Positions 44,930-61,200 of a stretch of 64,000 nt of DNA are shown here, piece after piece. The stretch spans positions 25,234,001 to 25,298,000 of the forward strand of contig OZ024753.1 of the NCBI GenBank assembly GCA_964016885.1. Direction: 5' to 3'. Position 1 is the first letter of the stretch. Each line of letters begins with the position of its first letter. Below the pieces are notes generated by a model. The model saw only the letters and a list, made by a program, of their open reading frames with translations, had not been told where the DNA came from and did no database searches. The translations under genes were made by a program, and so were the position numbers. Source of the stretch: Eledone cirrhosa (lineage: Eukaryota).

Positions 44930-46870
44930 CCAGTCAAGATATAGAAACATGATAGTAATAACTCCAGTCAAGATATAGAAACATGATAGTAATAACTCCA
45001 GTCAAGACATAGAAACATGATAGTAATAACTCCAGTCAAGACATAGAAACATAATAGTAATAACTCCAGTCAAGATATAGAAACATAATAGTAATAACTC
45101 CAATCAAGGTATAGAAACATGATAGTAATAACTCCAGTCAAGATATAGAAACATGATAGTAATAACTCCAGCCAAGATATAGAAACATGATAGTAATAAC
45201 TCCAACCAAGACATAGAAACATGATAGTAATAACTCCAACCAAGACATAGAAACAAGATAGTAATAACTCCAACCAAGATATAGAAACAGGATAGTAATA
45301 ACTCCAACCAAGACATAGAAACAGGATCGTAATAACTCCAACCAAAATATGGAAACATGATAGTAATAACTCCAATCAAGACATCGAAACAGGATAGTAA
45401 TAGCTCCAACCAAGACATAGAAACAGGATAGTAATAACTCCAACCAAGACATAGAAACAGGATAGTAATAAGTCCAACCAAGACATAGAAACAGGATAGT
45501 AATAACTCCAGCCAAGATATTGAAACAGGATAGTAATAACTCCAACCAAGACATAGAAACAGGATAGTAATAACTCCAGCCATGATATAGAAACAGGATA
45601 GTAATAACTCCAACCAAGACATAGAAACAGGATAGTAATAACTCCAACCAAGATATAGAAACATGATAGTAATAACTCCAGCCAAGATATAGAAACAGGT
45701 TAGTAATAACTCCAACCAAGACATAGAAACAGGATAGTAATAACTCCAACCAAGATATAGAAACATGATAGTAATAACTGCAGTCAAGATATAGAAACAT
45801 GATAGTAATAACTCCAGTCAAGATATAGAAACATGATAGTAATAACTCCAACCAAGACATAGAAACAGGATAGTATTAACTCCAGACAAGACATAGAAAC
45901 AGGATAGTAATAACTCCAGACAAGACATAGAAACATGATAGTAATAACTCCAGTCAAGATATAGAAACATGATAGTAATAACTCCAGTCAAGACATAGAA
46001 ACATGATAGTAATAACTCCAGTCAAGACATAGAAACATAATAGTAATAACTCCAGTCAAGATATAGAAACATAATAGTAATAACTCCAATCAAGGTATAG
46101 AAACATGATAGTAATAACTCCAGTCAAGATATAGAAACATGATAGTAATAACTCCAGCCAAGATATAGAAACATGATAGTAATAACTCCAACCAAGACAT
46201 AGAAACATGATAGTAATAACTCCAACCAAGACATAGAAACATGATAGTAATAACTCCAACCAAGATATAGAAACAGGATAGTAATAACTCCAACCAAGAC
46301 ATAGAAACAGGATCGTAATAACTCCAACCAAAATATGGAAACATGATAGTAATAACTCCAATCAAGACATCGAAACAGGATAGTAATAGCTCCAACCAAG
46401 ACATAGAAACAGGATAGTAATAACTCCAACCAAGACATAGAAACAGGATAGTAATAAGTCCAACCAAGACATAGAAACAGGATAGTAATAACTCCAGCCA
46501 AGATATTGAAACAGGATAGTAATAACTCCAACCAAGACATAGAAACAGGATAGTAATAACTCCAGCCATGATATAGAAACAGGATAGTAATAACTCCAAC
46601 CAAGACATAGAAACAGGATAGTAATAACTCCAACCAAGATATAGAAACATGATAGTAATAACTCCAGCCAAGATATAGAAACAGGTTAGTAATAACTCCA
46701 ACCAAGACATAGAAACAGGATAGTAATAACTCCAACCAAGATATAGAAACATAATAGTAATAACTGCAGTCAAGATATAGAAACATGATAGTAATAACTC
46801 CAGTCAAGATATAGAAACATGATAGTAATAACTCCAACCAAGACATAGAAACAGGATAGTATTAACTCCA
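44930..46870. repeat. Tandem duplication of a 29-monomer block (986 bp offset)
   Basis: catcg...atagctcc occurs at about 45390 and 46376-46390. Identical ORFs lie at 45070/46056 and 45376/46362. Confidence 0.87.
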
Positions 46871-49800
46871 TACAAGACATAGAAACAGGATAGTAATAAG
46901 TCCAGACAAGAGATAGAAACATGATAGTAATAACTCCAACCAAGATATAGAAACATGATAGTAATAACTCCAACCAAGATATAGAAACATGATAGTAATA
47001 ACTCCAACCAAGACATAGAAACATGATAGTAATAACTCCAACCAAGACATAGAAACAGGATAGTAATAACTCCAACCAAGACATAGAAACAGGATAGTAA
47101 TAACTCCAGACAAGACATAGAAACAGGATAGTAATAACTCCAGACAAGACATAGAAACATGATAGTAATAACTCCAACCAAGATATAGAAACATGATAGT
47201 AATAACTCCAACCAAGACATAGAAACAGGATAGTAATAACTCCAACCAAGACATAGAAACAGGATAGTAATAACTCCAACCAAGACATAGAAACAGGATA
47301 GTAATAACTCCAGACAAGACATAGAAACAGGATAGTAATAACTCCAGACAAGACATAGAAACATGATAGTAATAACTCCAACCAAGATATAGAAATATGA
47401 CAGTAATAACTCCAACCAAGATATAGAAATATGACAGTAATAACTCCAACCAAGACATAGAAACATGATAGTAATAACTCCAGTCAAGATATAGAAACAT
47501 GATAGTAATAACTCCAGTCAAGATATAGAAACATGATAGTAATAACTCCAACCAAGATATAGAAACATGATAGTAATAACTCCAGTCAAGATATAAAAAC
47601 ATGATAGTAATAACTCCAACCAAGATATAGAAACATGACAGTAATAACTCCAACCAAGACATAGAAACATGATAGTAATAACTCCAGTCAAGATATAGAA
47701 ACATGATAGTAATAACTCCAGTCAAGATATAGAAACATGATAGTAATAACTCCAGTCAAGATATAGAAACATGATAGTAATAACTCCAGTCAAGATATAG
47801 AAACATGATAGTAATAACTCCAGTCAAGATATAGAAACATGATAGTAATAACTCCAATCAAGACATAGAAACATGATAGTAATAACTCCAGTCAAGATAT
47901 AGAAACATGATAGTAATAACTCCAGTCAAGACATAGAAACATGATAGTAATAACTCCAGTCAAGACATAGAAACATAATAGTAATAACTCCAGTCAAGAT
48001 ATAGAAACATGATAGTAATAACTCCAACCAAGATATAGAAACAGGATAGTAATAACTCCAACCAAGACATAGAAACAGGATCGTAATAACTCCAACCAAA
48101 ATATGGAAACATGATAGTAATAACTCCAGTCAAGACATAGAAACATGATAGTAATAACTCCAGTCAAGACATAGAAACATAATAGTAATAACTCCAGTCA
48201 AGATATAGAAACATAATAGTAATAACTCCAATCAAGGTATAGAAACATGATAGTAATAACTCCAGTCAAGATATAGAAACATGATAGTAATAACTCCAGC
48301 CAAGATATAGAAACATGATAGTAATAACTCCAACCAAGACATAGAAACATGATAGTAATAACTCCAACCAAGACATAGAAACATGATAGTAATAACTCCA
48401 ACCAAGATATAGAAACAGGATAGTAATAACTCCAACCAAGACATAGAAACAGGATCGTAATAACTCCAACCAAAATATGGAAACATGATAGTAATAACTC
48501 CAATCAAGACATCGAAACAGGATAGTAATAGCTCCAACCAAGACATAGAAACAGGATAGTAATAACTCCAACCAAGACATAGAAACAGGATAGTAATAAG
48601 TCCAACCAAGACATAGAAACAGGATAGTAATAACTCCAGCCAAGATATTGAAACAGGATAGTAATAACTCCAACCAAGACATAGAAACAGGATAGTAATA
48701 ACTCCAGCCATGATATAGAAACAGGATAGTAATAACTCCAACCAAGACATAGAAACAGGATAGTAATAACTCCAACCAAGATATAGAAACATGATAGTAA
48801 TAACTCCAGCCAAGATATAGAAACAGGTTAGTAATAACTCCAACCAAGACATAGAAACAGGATAGTAATAACTCCAACCAAGATATAGAAACATAATAGT
48901 AATAACTGCAGTCAAGATATAGAAACATGATAGTAATAACTCCAGTCAAGATATAGAAACATGATAGTAATAACTCCAACCAAGACATAGAAACAGGATA
49001 GTATTAACTCCATACAAGACATAGAAACAGGATAGTAATAAGTCCAGACAAGAGATAGAAACATGATAGTAATAACTCCAACCAAGATATAGAAACATGA
49101 TAGTAATAACTCCAACCAAGATATAGAAACATGATAGTAATAACTCCAACCAAGACATAGAAACATGATAGTAATAACTCCAACCAAGACATAGAAACAG
49201 GATAGTAATAACTCCAACCAAGACATAGAAACAGGATAGTAATAACTCCAGACAAGACATAGAAACAGGATAGTAATAACTCCAGACAAGACATAGAAAC
49301 ATGATAGTAATAACTCCAACCAAGATATAGAAACATGATAGTAATAACTCCAACCAAGACATAGAAACAGGATAGTAATAACTCCAACCAAGACATAGAA
49401 ACAGGATAGTAATAACTCCAACCAAGACATAGAAACAGGATAGTAATAACTCCAGACAAGACATAGAAACAGGATAGTAATAACTCCAGACAAGACATAG
49501 AAACATGATAGTAATAACTCCAACCAAGATATAGAAATATGACAGTAATAACTCCAACCAAGATATAGAAATATGACAGTAATAACTCCAACCAAGACAT
49601 AGAAACATGATAGTAATAACTCCAGTCAAGATATAGAAACATGATAGTAATAACTCCAGTCAAGATATAGAAACATGATAGTAATAACTCCAACCAAGAT
49701 ATAGAAACATGATAGTAATAACTCCAGTCAAGATATAAAAACATGATAGTAATAACTCCAACCAAGATATAGAAACATGACAGTAATAACTCCAACCAAG

Positions 49801-50270
49801 ACATAGAAACATGATAGTAATAACTCCAGTCAAGATATAGAAACATGATAGTAATAACTCCAGTCAAGATATAGAAACATGATAGTAATAACTCCAGTCA
49901 AGATATAGAAACATGATAGTAATAACTCCAGTCAAGATATAGAAACATGATAGTAATAACTCCAGTCAAGATATAGAAACATGATAGTAATAACTCCAAT
50001 CAAGACATAGAAACATGATAGTAATAACTCCAGTCAAGATATAGAAACATGATAGTAATAACTCCAGTCAAGACATAGAAACATGATAGTAATAACTCCA
50101 GTCAAGACATAGAAACATAATAGTAATAACTCCAGTCAAGATATAGAAACAGGATAGTAATAACTCCAACCAAGATATAGAAACAGGATAGTAATAACTC
50201 CAACCAAGACATAGAAACAGGATCGTAATAACTCCAACCAAAATATGGAAACATGATAGTAATAACTCCA
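45967..50270. repeat. Tandem duplication of a 63-monomer block (2,142 bp offset)
   Basis: The private variant ccatacaag occurs at about 46868 and 49010. Identical ORF sets lie at 46056/48198, 46770/48912 and 46862/49004. Confidence 0.92.
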
Positions 50271-50429
50271 ATCAAGACATAGAAACAGGATAGTAATAAC
50301 TCCAACCAAGACATAGAAACAGGATGGTAATAACTCCAACCAAGACATAGAAACAGGATAGTAATAAGTCCAACCAAGACATAGAAACAGGATAGTAATA
50401 ACTCCAGCCAAGATATAGAAACAGGATAG

Positions 50430-53400
50430 TAATAACTCCAACCAAGACATAGAAACAGGATAGTAATAACTCCAACCAAGATATAGAAACATGATAGTAA
50501 TAACTGCAGTCAAGATATAGAAACATGATAGTAATAACTCCAACCAAGATATAGAAACATGATAGTAATAACTCCAACCAAGACATAGAAACAGGATAGT
50601 AATAACTCCAACCAAGACATAGAAACAGGATAGTATTAACTCCAGACAAGACATAGAAACAGGATAGTAATAACTCCAGACAAGACAGAGAAACATGATA
50701 GTAATAACTCCAAACAAGACATAGAAATAGGATAGTAATAACTCCAGGCAAGACATAGAAATAGTATAGTAATAACTCCAGACAAGACAGAGAAACATGA
50801 TAGTAATAACTGCAGACAAGATATAGAAACATGATAGTAATAACTCCAACCAAGATATAGAAACATGATAGTAATAACTCCAACCAAGACATAGAAACAG
50901 GATAGTAATAAGTCCAGACAAGATATAGAAACATGATAGTAATAACTCCAACCAAGATATAGAAACATGATAGTAATAACTCCAACCAAGACATAGAAAC
51001 ATGATAGTAATAACTCCAACCATGACATAGAAACAGGATAGTAATAACTCCAACCAAGACATAGAAACAGGATAGTAATAACTCCAGACAAGACATAGAA
51101 ACAGGATAGTAATAACTCCAGACAAGACATAGAAACATGATAGTAATAACTCCAACCAAGATATAGAAACATGATAGTAATAACTCCAACCAAGACATAG
51201 AAACAGGATAGTAATAACTCCAGACAAGACATAGAAACAGGATAGTAATAACTCCAGACAAGACATAGAAACATGATAGTAATAACTCCAACCAAAATAT
51301 AGAAACATGATATTAATAACTCCAACCAAGATATAGAAACATGACAGTAATAACTCCAACCAAGACATAGAAACATGATAGTAATAACTCCAGTCAAGAT
51401 ATAAAAACATGATAGTAATAACTCCAACCAAGATATAGAAACATGACAGTAATAACTCCAACCAAGACATAGAAACATGATAGTAATAACTCCAGTCAAG
51501 ATATCGAAACATGATAGTAATAATTCCAGTCAAGATATAGAAACATGATAGTAATAACTCCAGTCAAGATATAGAAACATGATAGTAATAACTCCAGTCA
51601 AGATATAGAAACATGATAGTAATAACTCCAGTCAAGATATAGAAACATGATAGTAATAACTCCAATCAAGACATAGAAACATGATAGTAATAACTCCAGT
51701 CAAGATATAGAAACATGATAGTAATAACTCCAGTCAAAACATAGAAACATGATAGTAATAACTCCAGTCAAGACATAGAAACATAATAGTAATAACTCCA
51801 GTCAAGATATAGAAACATAATAGTAATAACTCCAATCAAGGTATAGAAACATGATAGTAATAACTCCAGTCAAGATATAGAAACATGATAGTAATAACTC
51901 CAGCCAAGATATAGAAACATGATAGTAATAACTCCAACCAAGACATAGAAACATGATAGTAATAACTCCAACCAAGACATAGAAACATGATAGTAATAAC
52001 TCCAACCAAGATATAGAAACAGGATAGTAATAACTCCAACCAAGACATAGGAACAGGATCGTAATAACTCCAACCAAAATATGGAAACATGATAGTAATA
52101 ACTCCAATCAAGACATCGAAACAGGATAGTAATAGCTCCAACCAAGACATAGAAACAGAATAGTAATAACTCCAACCAAGACATAGAAACAGGATAGTAA
52201 TAAGTCCAACCAAGACATAGAAACAGGATAGTAATAACTCCAGCCAAGATATTGAAACAGGATAGTAATAACTCCAACCAAGACATAGAAACAGGATAGT
52301 AATAACTCCAGCCATGATATAGAAACAGGATAGTAATAACTCCAACCAAGACATAGAAACAGGATAGTAATAACTCCAACCAAGATATAGAAACATGATA
52401 GTAATAACTCCAGCCAAGATATAGAAACAGGTTAGTAATAACTCCAACCAAGACATAGAAACAGGATAGTAATAACTCCAACCAAGATATAGAAACATGA
52501 TAGTAATAACTGCAGTCAAGATATAGAAACATGATAGTAATAACTCCAGTCAAGATATAGAAACATGATAGTAATAACTCCAACCAAGACATAGAAACAG
52601 GATAGTATTAACTCCAGAGAAGACATAGAAACAGGATAGTAATAACTCCAGACAAGACATAGAAATAGTATAGTAATAACTCCAGACAAGACAGAGAAAC
52701 ATGATAGTAATAACTGCAGACAAGATATAGAAACATGATAGTAATAACTCCAACCAAGATATAGAAACATGATAGTAATAACTCCAACCAAGACATAGAA
52801 ACAGGATAGTAATAACTCCAACCAAGACATAGAAACAGGATGGTAATAACTCCAACCAAGACATAGAAACAGGATAGTAATAAGTCCAACCAAGACATAG
52901 AAACAGGATAGTAATAACTCCAGCCAAGATATAGAAACAGGATAGTAATAACTCCAACCAAGACATAGAAACAGGATAGTAATAACTCCAACCAAGATAT
53001 AGAAACATGATAGTAATAACTCCAGCCAAGATATAGAAACAGGTTAGTAATAACTCCAACCAAGACATAGAAACAGGATAGTAATAACTCCAACCAAGAT
53101 ATAGAAACATGATAGTAATAACTGCAGTCAAGATATAGAAACATGATAGTAATAACTCCAACCAAGATATAGAAACATGATAGTAATAACTCCAACCAAG
53201 ACATAGAAACAGGATAGTAATAACTCCAACCAAGACATAGAAACAGGATAGTATTAACTCCAGACAAGACATAGAAACAGGATAGTAATAACTCCAGACA
53301 AGACAGAGAAACATGATAGTAATAACTCCAAACAAGACATAGAAATAGGATAGTAATAACTCCAGGCAAGACATAGAAATAGTATAGTAATAACTCCAGA

Positions 53401-55245
53401 CAAGACAGAGAAACATGATAGTAATAACTGCAGACAAGATATAGAAACATGATAGTAATAACTCCAACCAAGATATAGAAACATGATAGTAATAACTCCA
53501 ACCAAGACATAGAAACAGGATAGTAATAAGTCCAGACAAGATATAGAAACATGATAGTAATAACTCCAACCAAGATATAGAAACATGATAGTAATAACTC
53601 CAACCAAGACATAGAAACATGATAGTAATAACTCCAACCATGACATAGAAACAGGATAGTAATAACTCCAACCAAGACATAGAAACAGGATAGTAATAAC
53701 TCCAGACAAGACATAGAAACAGGATAGTAATAACTCCAGACAAGACATAGAAACATGATAGTAATAACTCCAACCAAGATATAGAAACATGATAGTAATA
53801 ACTCCAACCAAGACATAGAAACAGGATAGTAATAACTCCAGACAAGACATAGAAACAGGATAGTAATAACTCCAGACAAGACATAGAAACATGATAGTAA
53901 TAACTCCAACCAAAATATAGAAACATGATATTAATAACTCCAACCAAGATATAGAAACATGACAGTAATAACTCCAACCAAGACATAGAAACATGATAGT
54001 AATAACTCCAGTCAAGATATAAAAACATGATAGTAATAACTCCAACCAAGATATAGAAACATGACAGTAATAACTCCAACCAAGACATAGAAACATGATA
54101 GTAATAACTCCAGTCAAGATATCGAAACATGATAGTAATAATTCCAGTCAAGATATAGAAACATGATAGTAATAACTCCAGTCAAGATATAGAAACATGA
54201 TAGTAATAACTCCAGTCAAGATATAGAAACATGATAGTAATAACTCCAGTCAAGATATAGAAACATGATAGTAATAACTCCAATCAAGACATAGAAACAT
54301 GATAGTAATAACTCCAGTCAAGATATAGAAACATGATAGTAATAACTCCAGTCAAAACATAGAAACATGATAGTAATAACTCCAGTCAAGACATAGAAAC
54401 ATAATAGTAATAACTCCAGTCAAGATATAGAAACATAATAGTAATAACTCCAATCAAGGTATAGAAACATGATAGTAATAACTCCAGTCAAGATATAGAA
54501 ACATGATAGTAATAACTCCAGCCAAGATATAGAAACATGATAGTAATAACTCCAACCAAGACATAGAAACATGATAGTAATAACTCCAACCAAGACATAG
54601 AAACATGATAGTAATAACTCCAACCAAGATATAGAAACAGGATAGTAATAACTCCAACCAAGACATAGGAACAGGATCGTAATAACTCCAACCAAAATAT
54701 GGAAACATGATAGTAATAACTCCAATCAAGACATCGAAACAGGATAGTAATAGCTCCAACCAAGACATAGAAACAGAATAGTAATAACTCCAACCAAGAC
54801 ATAGAAACAGGATAGTAATAAGTCCAACCAAGACATAGAAACAGGATAGTAATAACTCCAGCCAAGATATTGAAACAGGATAGTAATAACTCCAACCAAG
54901 ACATAGAAACAGGATAGTAATAACTCCAGCCATGATATAGAAACAGGATAGTAATAACTCCAACCAAGACATAGAAACAGGATAGTAATAACTCCAACCA
55001 AGATATAGAAACATGATAGTAATAACTCCAGCCAAGATATAGAAACAGGTTAGTAATAACTCCAACCAAGACATAGAAACAGGATAGTAATAACTCCAAC
55101 CAAGATATAGAAACATGATAGTAATAACTGCAGTCAAGATATAGAAACATGATAGTAATAACTCCAGTCAAGATATAGAAACATGATAGTAATAACTCCA
55201 ACCAAGACATAGAAACAGGATAGTATTAACTCCAGAGAAGACAGA
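50430..55245. repeat. Tandem duplication of a 77-monomer block (2,618 bp offset)
   Basis: gtcaaaacat occurs at about 51733 and 54351, cataggaac at about 52046 and 54664, and ccagagaag at about 52614 and 55232. Identical ORFs lie at 50636/53254 and 51836/54454. Confidence 0.92.
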
Positions 55246-58200
55246 GAAACATGATAGTAATAACTCCAAACAAGACATAGAAATAGGATAGTAATAACTC
55301 CAGACAAGACAGAGAAACATGATAGTAATAACTGCAGACAAGATATAGAAACATGATAGTAATAACTCCAACCAAGATATAGAAACATGATAGTAATAAC
55401 TCCAACCAAGACATAGAAACAGGATAGTAATAAGTCCAGACAAGAGATAGAAACATGATAGTAATAACTCCAACCAAGATATAGAAACATGATAGTAATA
55501 ACTCCAACCAAGATATAGAAACATGATAGTAATAACTCCAACCAAGACATAGAAACATGATAGTAATAACTCCAACCAAGACATAGAAACAGGATAGTAA
55601 TAACTCCAACCAAGACATAGAAACAGGATAGTAATAACTCCAGACAAGACATAGAAACAGGATAGTAATAACTCCAGACAAGACATAGAAACATGATAGT
55701 AATAACTCCAACCAAGATATAGAAACATGATAGTAATAACTCCAACCAAGACATAGAAACAGGATAGTAATAACTCCAACCAAGACATAGAAACAGGATA
55801 GTAATAACTCCAACCAAGACATAGAAACAGGATAGTAATAACTCCAGACAAGACATAGAAACAGGATAGTAATAACTCCAGACAAGACATAGAAACATTA
55901 TAGTAATAACTCCAACCAAGATATAGAAATATGACAGTAATAACTCCAACCAAGATATAGAAATATGACAGTAATAACTCCAACCAAGACATAGAAACAT
56001 GATAGTAATAACTCCAGTCAAGATATAGAAACATGATAGTAATAACTCCAGTCAAGATATAGAAACATGATAGTAATAACTCCAACCAAGATATAGAAAC
56101 ATGATAGTAATAACTCCAGTCAAGATATAAAAACATGATAGTAATAACTCCAACCAAGATATAGAAACATGACAGTAATAACTCCAACCAAGACATAGAA
56201 ACATGATAGTAATAACTCCAGTCAAGATATAGAAACATGATAGTAATAACTCCAGTCAAGATATAGAAACATGATAGTAATAACTCCAGTCAAGATATAG
56301 AAACATGATAGTAATAACTCCAGTCAAGATATAGAAACATGATAGTAATAACTCCAGTCAAGATATAGAAACATGATAGTAATAACTCCAATCAAGACAT
56401 AGAAACATGATAGTAATAACTCCAGTCAAGATATAGAAACATGATAGTAATAACTCCAGTCAAGACATAGAAACATGATAGTAATAACTCCAGTCAAGAC
56501 ATAGAAACATAATAGTAATAACACCAGTCAAGATATAGAAACATGATAGTAATAACTCCAACCAAGATATAGAAACAGGATAGTAATAACTCCAACCAAG
56601 ACATAGAAACAGGATCGTAATAACTCCAACCAAAATATGGAAACATGATAGTAATAACTCCAATCAAGACATAGAAACAGGATAGTAATAACTCCAACCA
56701 AGACATAGAAACAGGATAGTAATAACTCCAACCAAGACATAGAAACAGGATAGTAATAAGTCCAACCAAGACATAGAAACAGGATAGTAATAACTCCAGC
56801 CAAGATATTGAAACAGGATAGTAATAACTCCAACCAAGACATAGAAACAGGATAGTAATAACTCCAGCCAAGATATAGAAACAGGATAGTAATAACTCCA
56901 ACCAAGACATAGAAACAGGATAGTAATAACTCCAACCAAGATATAGAAACATGATAGTAATAACTCCAGCCAAGATATAGAAACAGGTTAGTAATAACTC
57001 CAACCAAGACATAGAAACAGGATAGTAATAACTCCAACCAAGATATAGAAACATGATAGTAATAACTGCAGTCAAGATATAGAAACATGATAGTAATAAC
57101 TCCAACCAAGATATAGAAACATGATAGTAATAACTCCAACCAAGACATAGAAACAGGATAGTAATAACTCCAACCAAGACATAGAAACAGGATAGTATTA
57201 ACTCCAGACAAGACATAGAAACAGGATAGTAATAACTCCAGACAAGACAGAGAAACATGATAGTAATAACTCCAAACAAGACATAGAAATAGGATAGTAA
57301 TAACTCCAGGCAAGACATAGAAATAGTATAGTAATAACTCCAGACAAGACAGAGAAACATGATAGTAATAACTGCAGACAAGATATAGAAACATGATAGT
57401 AATAACTCCAACCAAGATATAGAAACATGATAGTAATAACTCCAACCAAGACATAGAAACAGGATAGTAATAAGTCCAGACAAGATATAGAAACATGATA
57501 GTAATAACTCCAACCAAGATATAGAAACATGATAGTAATAACTCCAACCAAGACATAGAAACATGATAGTAATAACTCCAACCAAGACATAGAAACAGGA
57601 TAGTAATAACTCCAACCAAGACATAGAAACAGGATAGTAATAACTCCAGACAAGACATAGAAACAGGATAGTAATAACTCCAGACAAGACATAGAAACAT
57701 GATAGTAATAACTCCAACCAAGATATAGAAACATGATAGTAATAACTCCAACCAAGACATAGAAACAGGATAGTAATAACTCCAGACAAGACATAGAAAC
57801 ATGATAGTAATAACTCCAACCAAAATATAGAAACATGATATTAATAACTCCAACCAAGATATAGAAACATGACAGTAATAACTCCAACCAAGACATAGAA
57901 ACATGATAGTAATAACTCCAGTCAAGATATAGAAACATGATAGTAATAACTCCAGTCAAGATATAGAAACATGATAGTAATAACTCCAACCAAGATATAG
58001 AAACATGATAGTAATAACTCCAGTCAAGATATAAAAACATGATAGTAATAACTCCAACCAAGATATAGAAACATGACAGTAATATCTCCAACCAAGACAT
58101 AGAAACATGATAGTAATAACACCAGTCAAGATATAGAAACATGATAGTAATAATTCCAGACAAGACAGAGAAACATGATAGTAATAACTGCAGACAAGAT

Positions 58201-61200
58201 ATAGAAACATGATAGTAATAACTCCAACCAAGATATAGAAACATGATAGTAATAACTCCAACCAAGACATAGAAACAGGATAGTAATAAGTCCAGACAAG
58301 ATATAGAAACATGATAGTAATAACTCCAACCAAGATATAGAAACATGATAGTAATAACTCCAACCAAGACATAGAAACATGATAGTAATAACTCCAACCA
58401 TGACATAGAAACAGGATAGTAATAACTCCAACCAAGACATAGAAACAGGATAGTAATAACTCCACACAAGACATAGAAACAGGATAGTAATAACTCCAGA
58501 CAAGACATAGAAACATGATAGTAATAACTCCAACCAAGATATAGAAACATGATAGTAATAACTCCAACCAAGACATAGAAACAGGATAGTAATAACTCCA
58601 GACAAGACATAGAAACAGGATAGTAATAACTCCAGACAAGACATAGAAACATGATAGTAATAACTCCAACCAAAATATAGAAACATGATATTAATAACTC
58701 CAACCAAGATATAGAAACATGACAGTAATAACTCCAACCAAGACATAGAAACATGATAGTAATAACTCCAGTCAAGATATAAAAACATGATAGTAATAAC
58801 TCCAACCAAGATATAGAAACATGACAGTAATAACTCCAACCAAGACATAGAAACATGATAGTAATAACTCCAGTCAAGATATCGAAACATGATAGTAATA
58901 ATTCCAGTCAAGATATAGAAACATGATAGTAATAACTCCAGTCAAGATATACAAACATGATAGTAATAACTCCAGTCAAGATATAGAAACATGATAGTAA
59001 TAACTCCAGTCAAGATATAGAAACATGATAGTAATAACTCCAATCAAGACATAGAAACATGATAGTAATAACTCCAGTCAAGATATAGAAACATGATAGT
59101 AATAACTCCAGTCAAGACATAGAAACATGATAGTAATAACTCCAGTCAAGACATAGAAACATAATAGTAATAACTCCAGTCAAGATATAGAAACATAATA
59201 GTAATAACTCCAATCAAGGTATAGAAACATGATAGTAATAACTCCAGTCAAGATATAGAAACATGATAGTAATAACTCCAGCCAAGATATAGAAACATGA
59301 TAGTAATAACTCCAACCAAGACATAGAAACATGATAGTAATAACTCCAACCAAGACATAGAAACATGATAGTAATAACTCCAACCAAGATATAGAAACAG
59401 GATAGTAATAACTCCAACCAAGACATAGGAACAGGATCGTAATAACTCCAACCAAAATATGGAAACATGATAGTAATAACTCCAATCAAGACATCGAAAC
59501 AGGATAGTAATAGCTCCAACCAAGACATAGAAACAGAATAGTAATAACTCCAACCAAGACATAGAAACAGGATAGTAATAAGTCCAACCAAGACATAGAA
59601 ACAGGATAGTAATAACTCCAGCCAAGATATTGAAACAGGATAGTAATAACTCCAACCAAGACATAGAAACAGGATAGTAATAACTCCAGCCATGATATAG
59701 AAACAGGATAGTAATAACTCCAACCAAGACATAGAAACAGGATAGTAATAACTCCAACCAAGATATAGAAACATGATAGTAATAACTGCAGTCAAGATAT
59801 AGAAACATGATAGTAATAACTCCAGTCAAGATATAGAAACATGATAGTAATAACTCCAACCAAGACATAGAAACAGGATAGTATTAACTCCAGAGAAGAC
59901 ATAGAAACAGGATAGTAATAACTCCAGACAAGACAGAGAAACATGATAGTAATAACTCCAAACAAGACATAGAAATAGTATAGTAATAACTCCAGACAAG
60001 ACAGAGAAACATGATAGTAATAACTGCAGACAAGATATAGAAACATGATAGTAATAACTCCAACCAAGATATAGAAACATGATAGTAATAACTCCAACCA
60101 AGACATAGAAACAGGATAGTAATAAGTCCAGACAAGAGATAGAAACATGATAGTAATAACTCCAACCAAGATATAGAAACATGATAGTAATAACTCCAAC
60201 CAAGATATAGAAACATGATAGTAATAACTCCAACCAAGACATAGAAACATGATAGTAATAACTCCAACCAAGACATAGAAACAGGATAGTAATAACTCCA
60301 ACCAAGACATAGAAACAGGATAGTAATAACTCCAGACAAGACATAGAAACAGGATAGTAATAACTCCAGACAAGACATAGAAACATGATAGTAATAACTC
60401 CAACCAAGATATAGAAACATGATAGTAATAACTCCAACCAAGACATAGAAACAGGATAGTAATAACTCCAACCAAGACATAGAAACAGGATAGTAATAAC
60501 TCCAGACAAGACATAGAAACAGGATAGTAATAACTCCAGACAAGACATAGAAACATGATAGTAATAACTCCAACCAAGATATAGAAATATGACAGTAATA
60601 ACTCCAACCAAGATATAGAAATATGACAGTAATAACTCCAACCAAGACATAGAAACATGATAGTAATAACTCCAGTCAAGATATAGAAACATGATAGTAA
60701 TAACTCCAGTCAAGATATAGAAACATGATAGTAATAACTCCAACCAAGATATAGAAACATGATAGTAATAACTCCAGTCAAGATATAAAAACATGATAGT
60801 AATAACTCCAACCAAGATATAGAAACATGACAGTAATAACTCCAACCAAGACATAGAAACATGATAGTAATAACTCCAGTCAAGATATAGAAACATGATA
60901 GTAATAACTCCAGTCAAGATATAGAAACATGATAGTAATAACTCCAGTCAAGATATAGAAACATGATAGTAATAACTCCAGTCAAGATATAGAAACATGA
61001 TAGTAATAACTCCAGTCAAGATATAGAAACATGATAGTAATAACTCCAATCAAGACATAGAAACATGATAGTAATAACTCCAGTCAAGATATAGAAACAT
61101 GATAGTAATAACTCCAGTCAAGACATAGAAACATGATAGTAATAACTCCAGTCAAGACATAGAAACATAATAGTAATAACTCCAGCCAAGATATAGAAAC

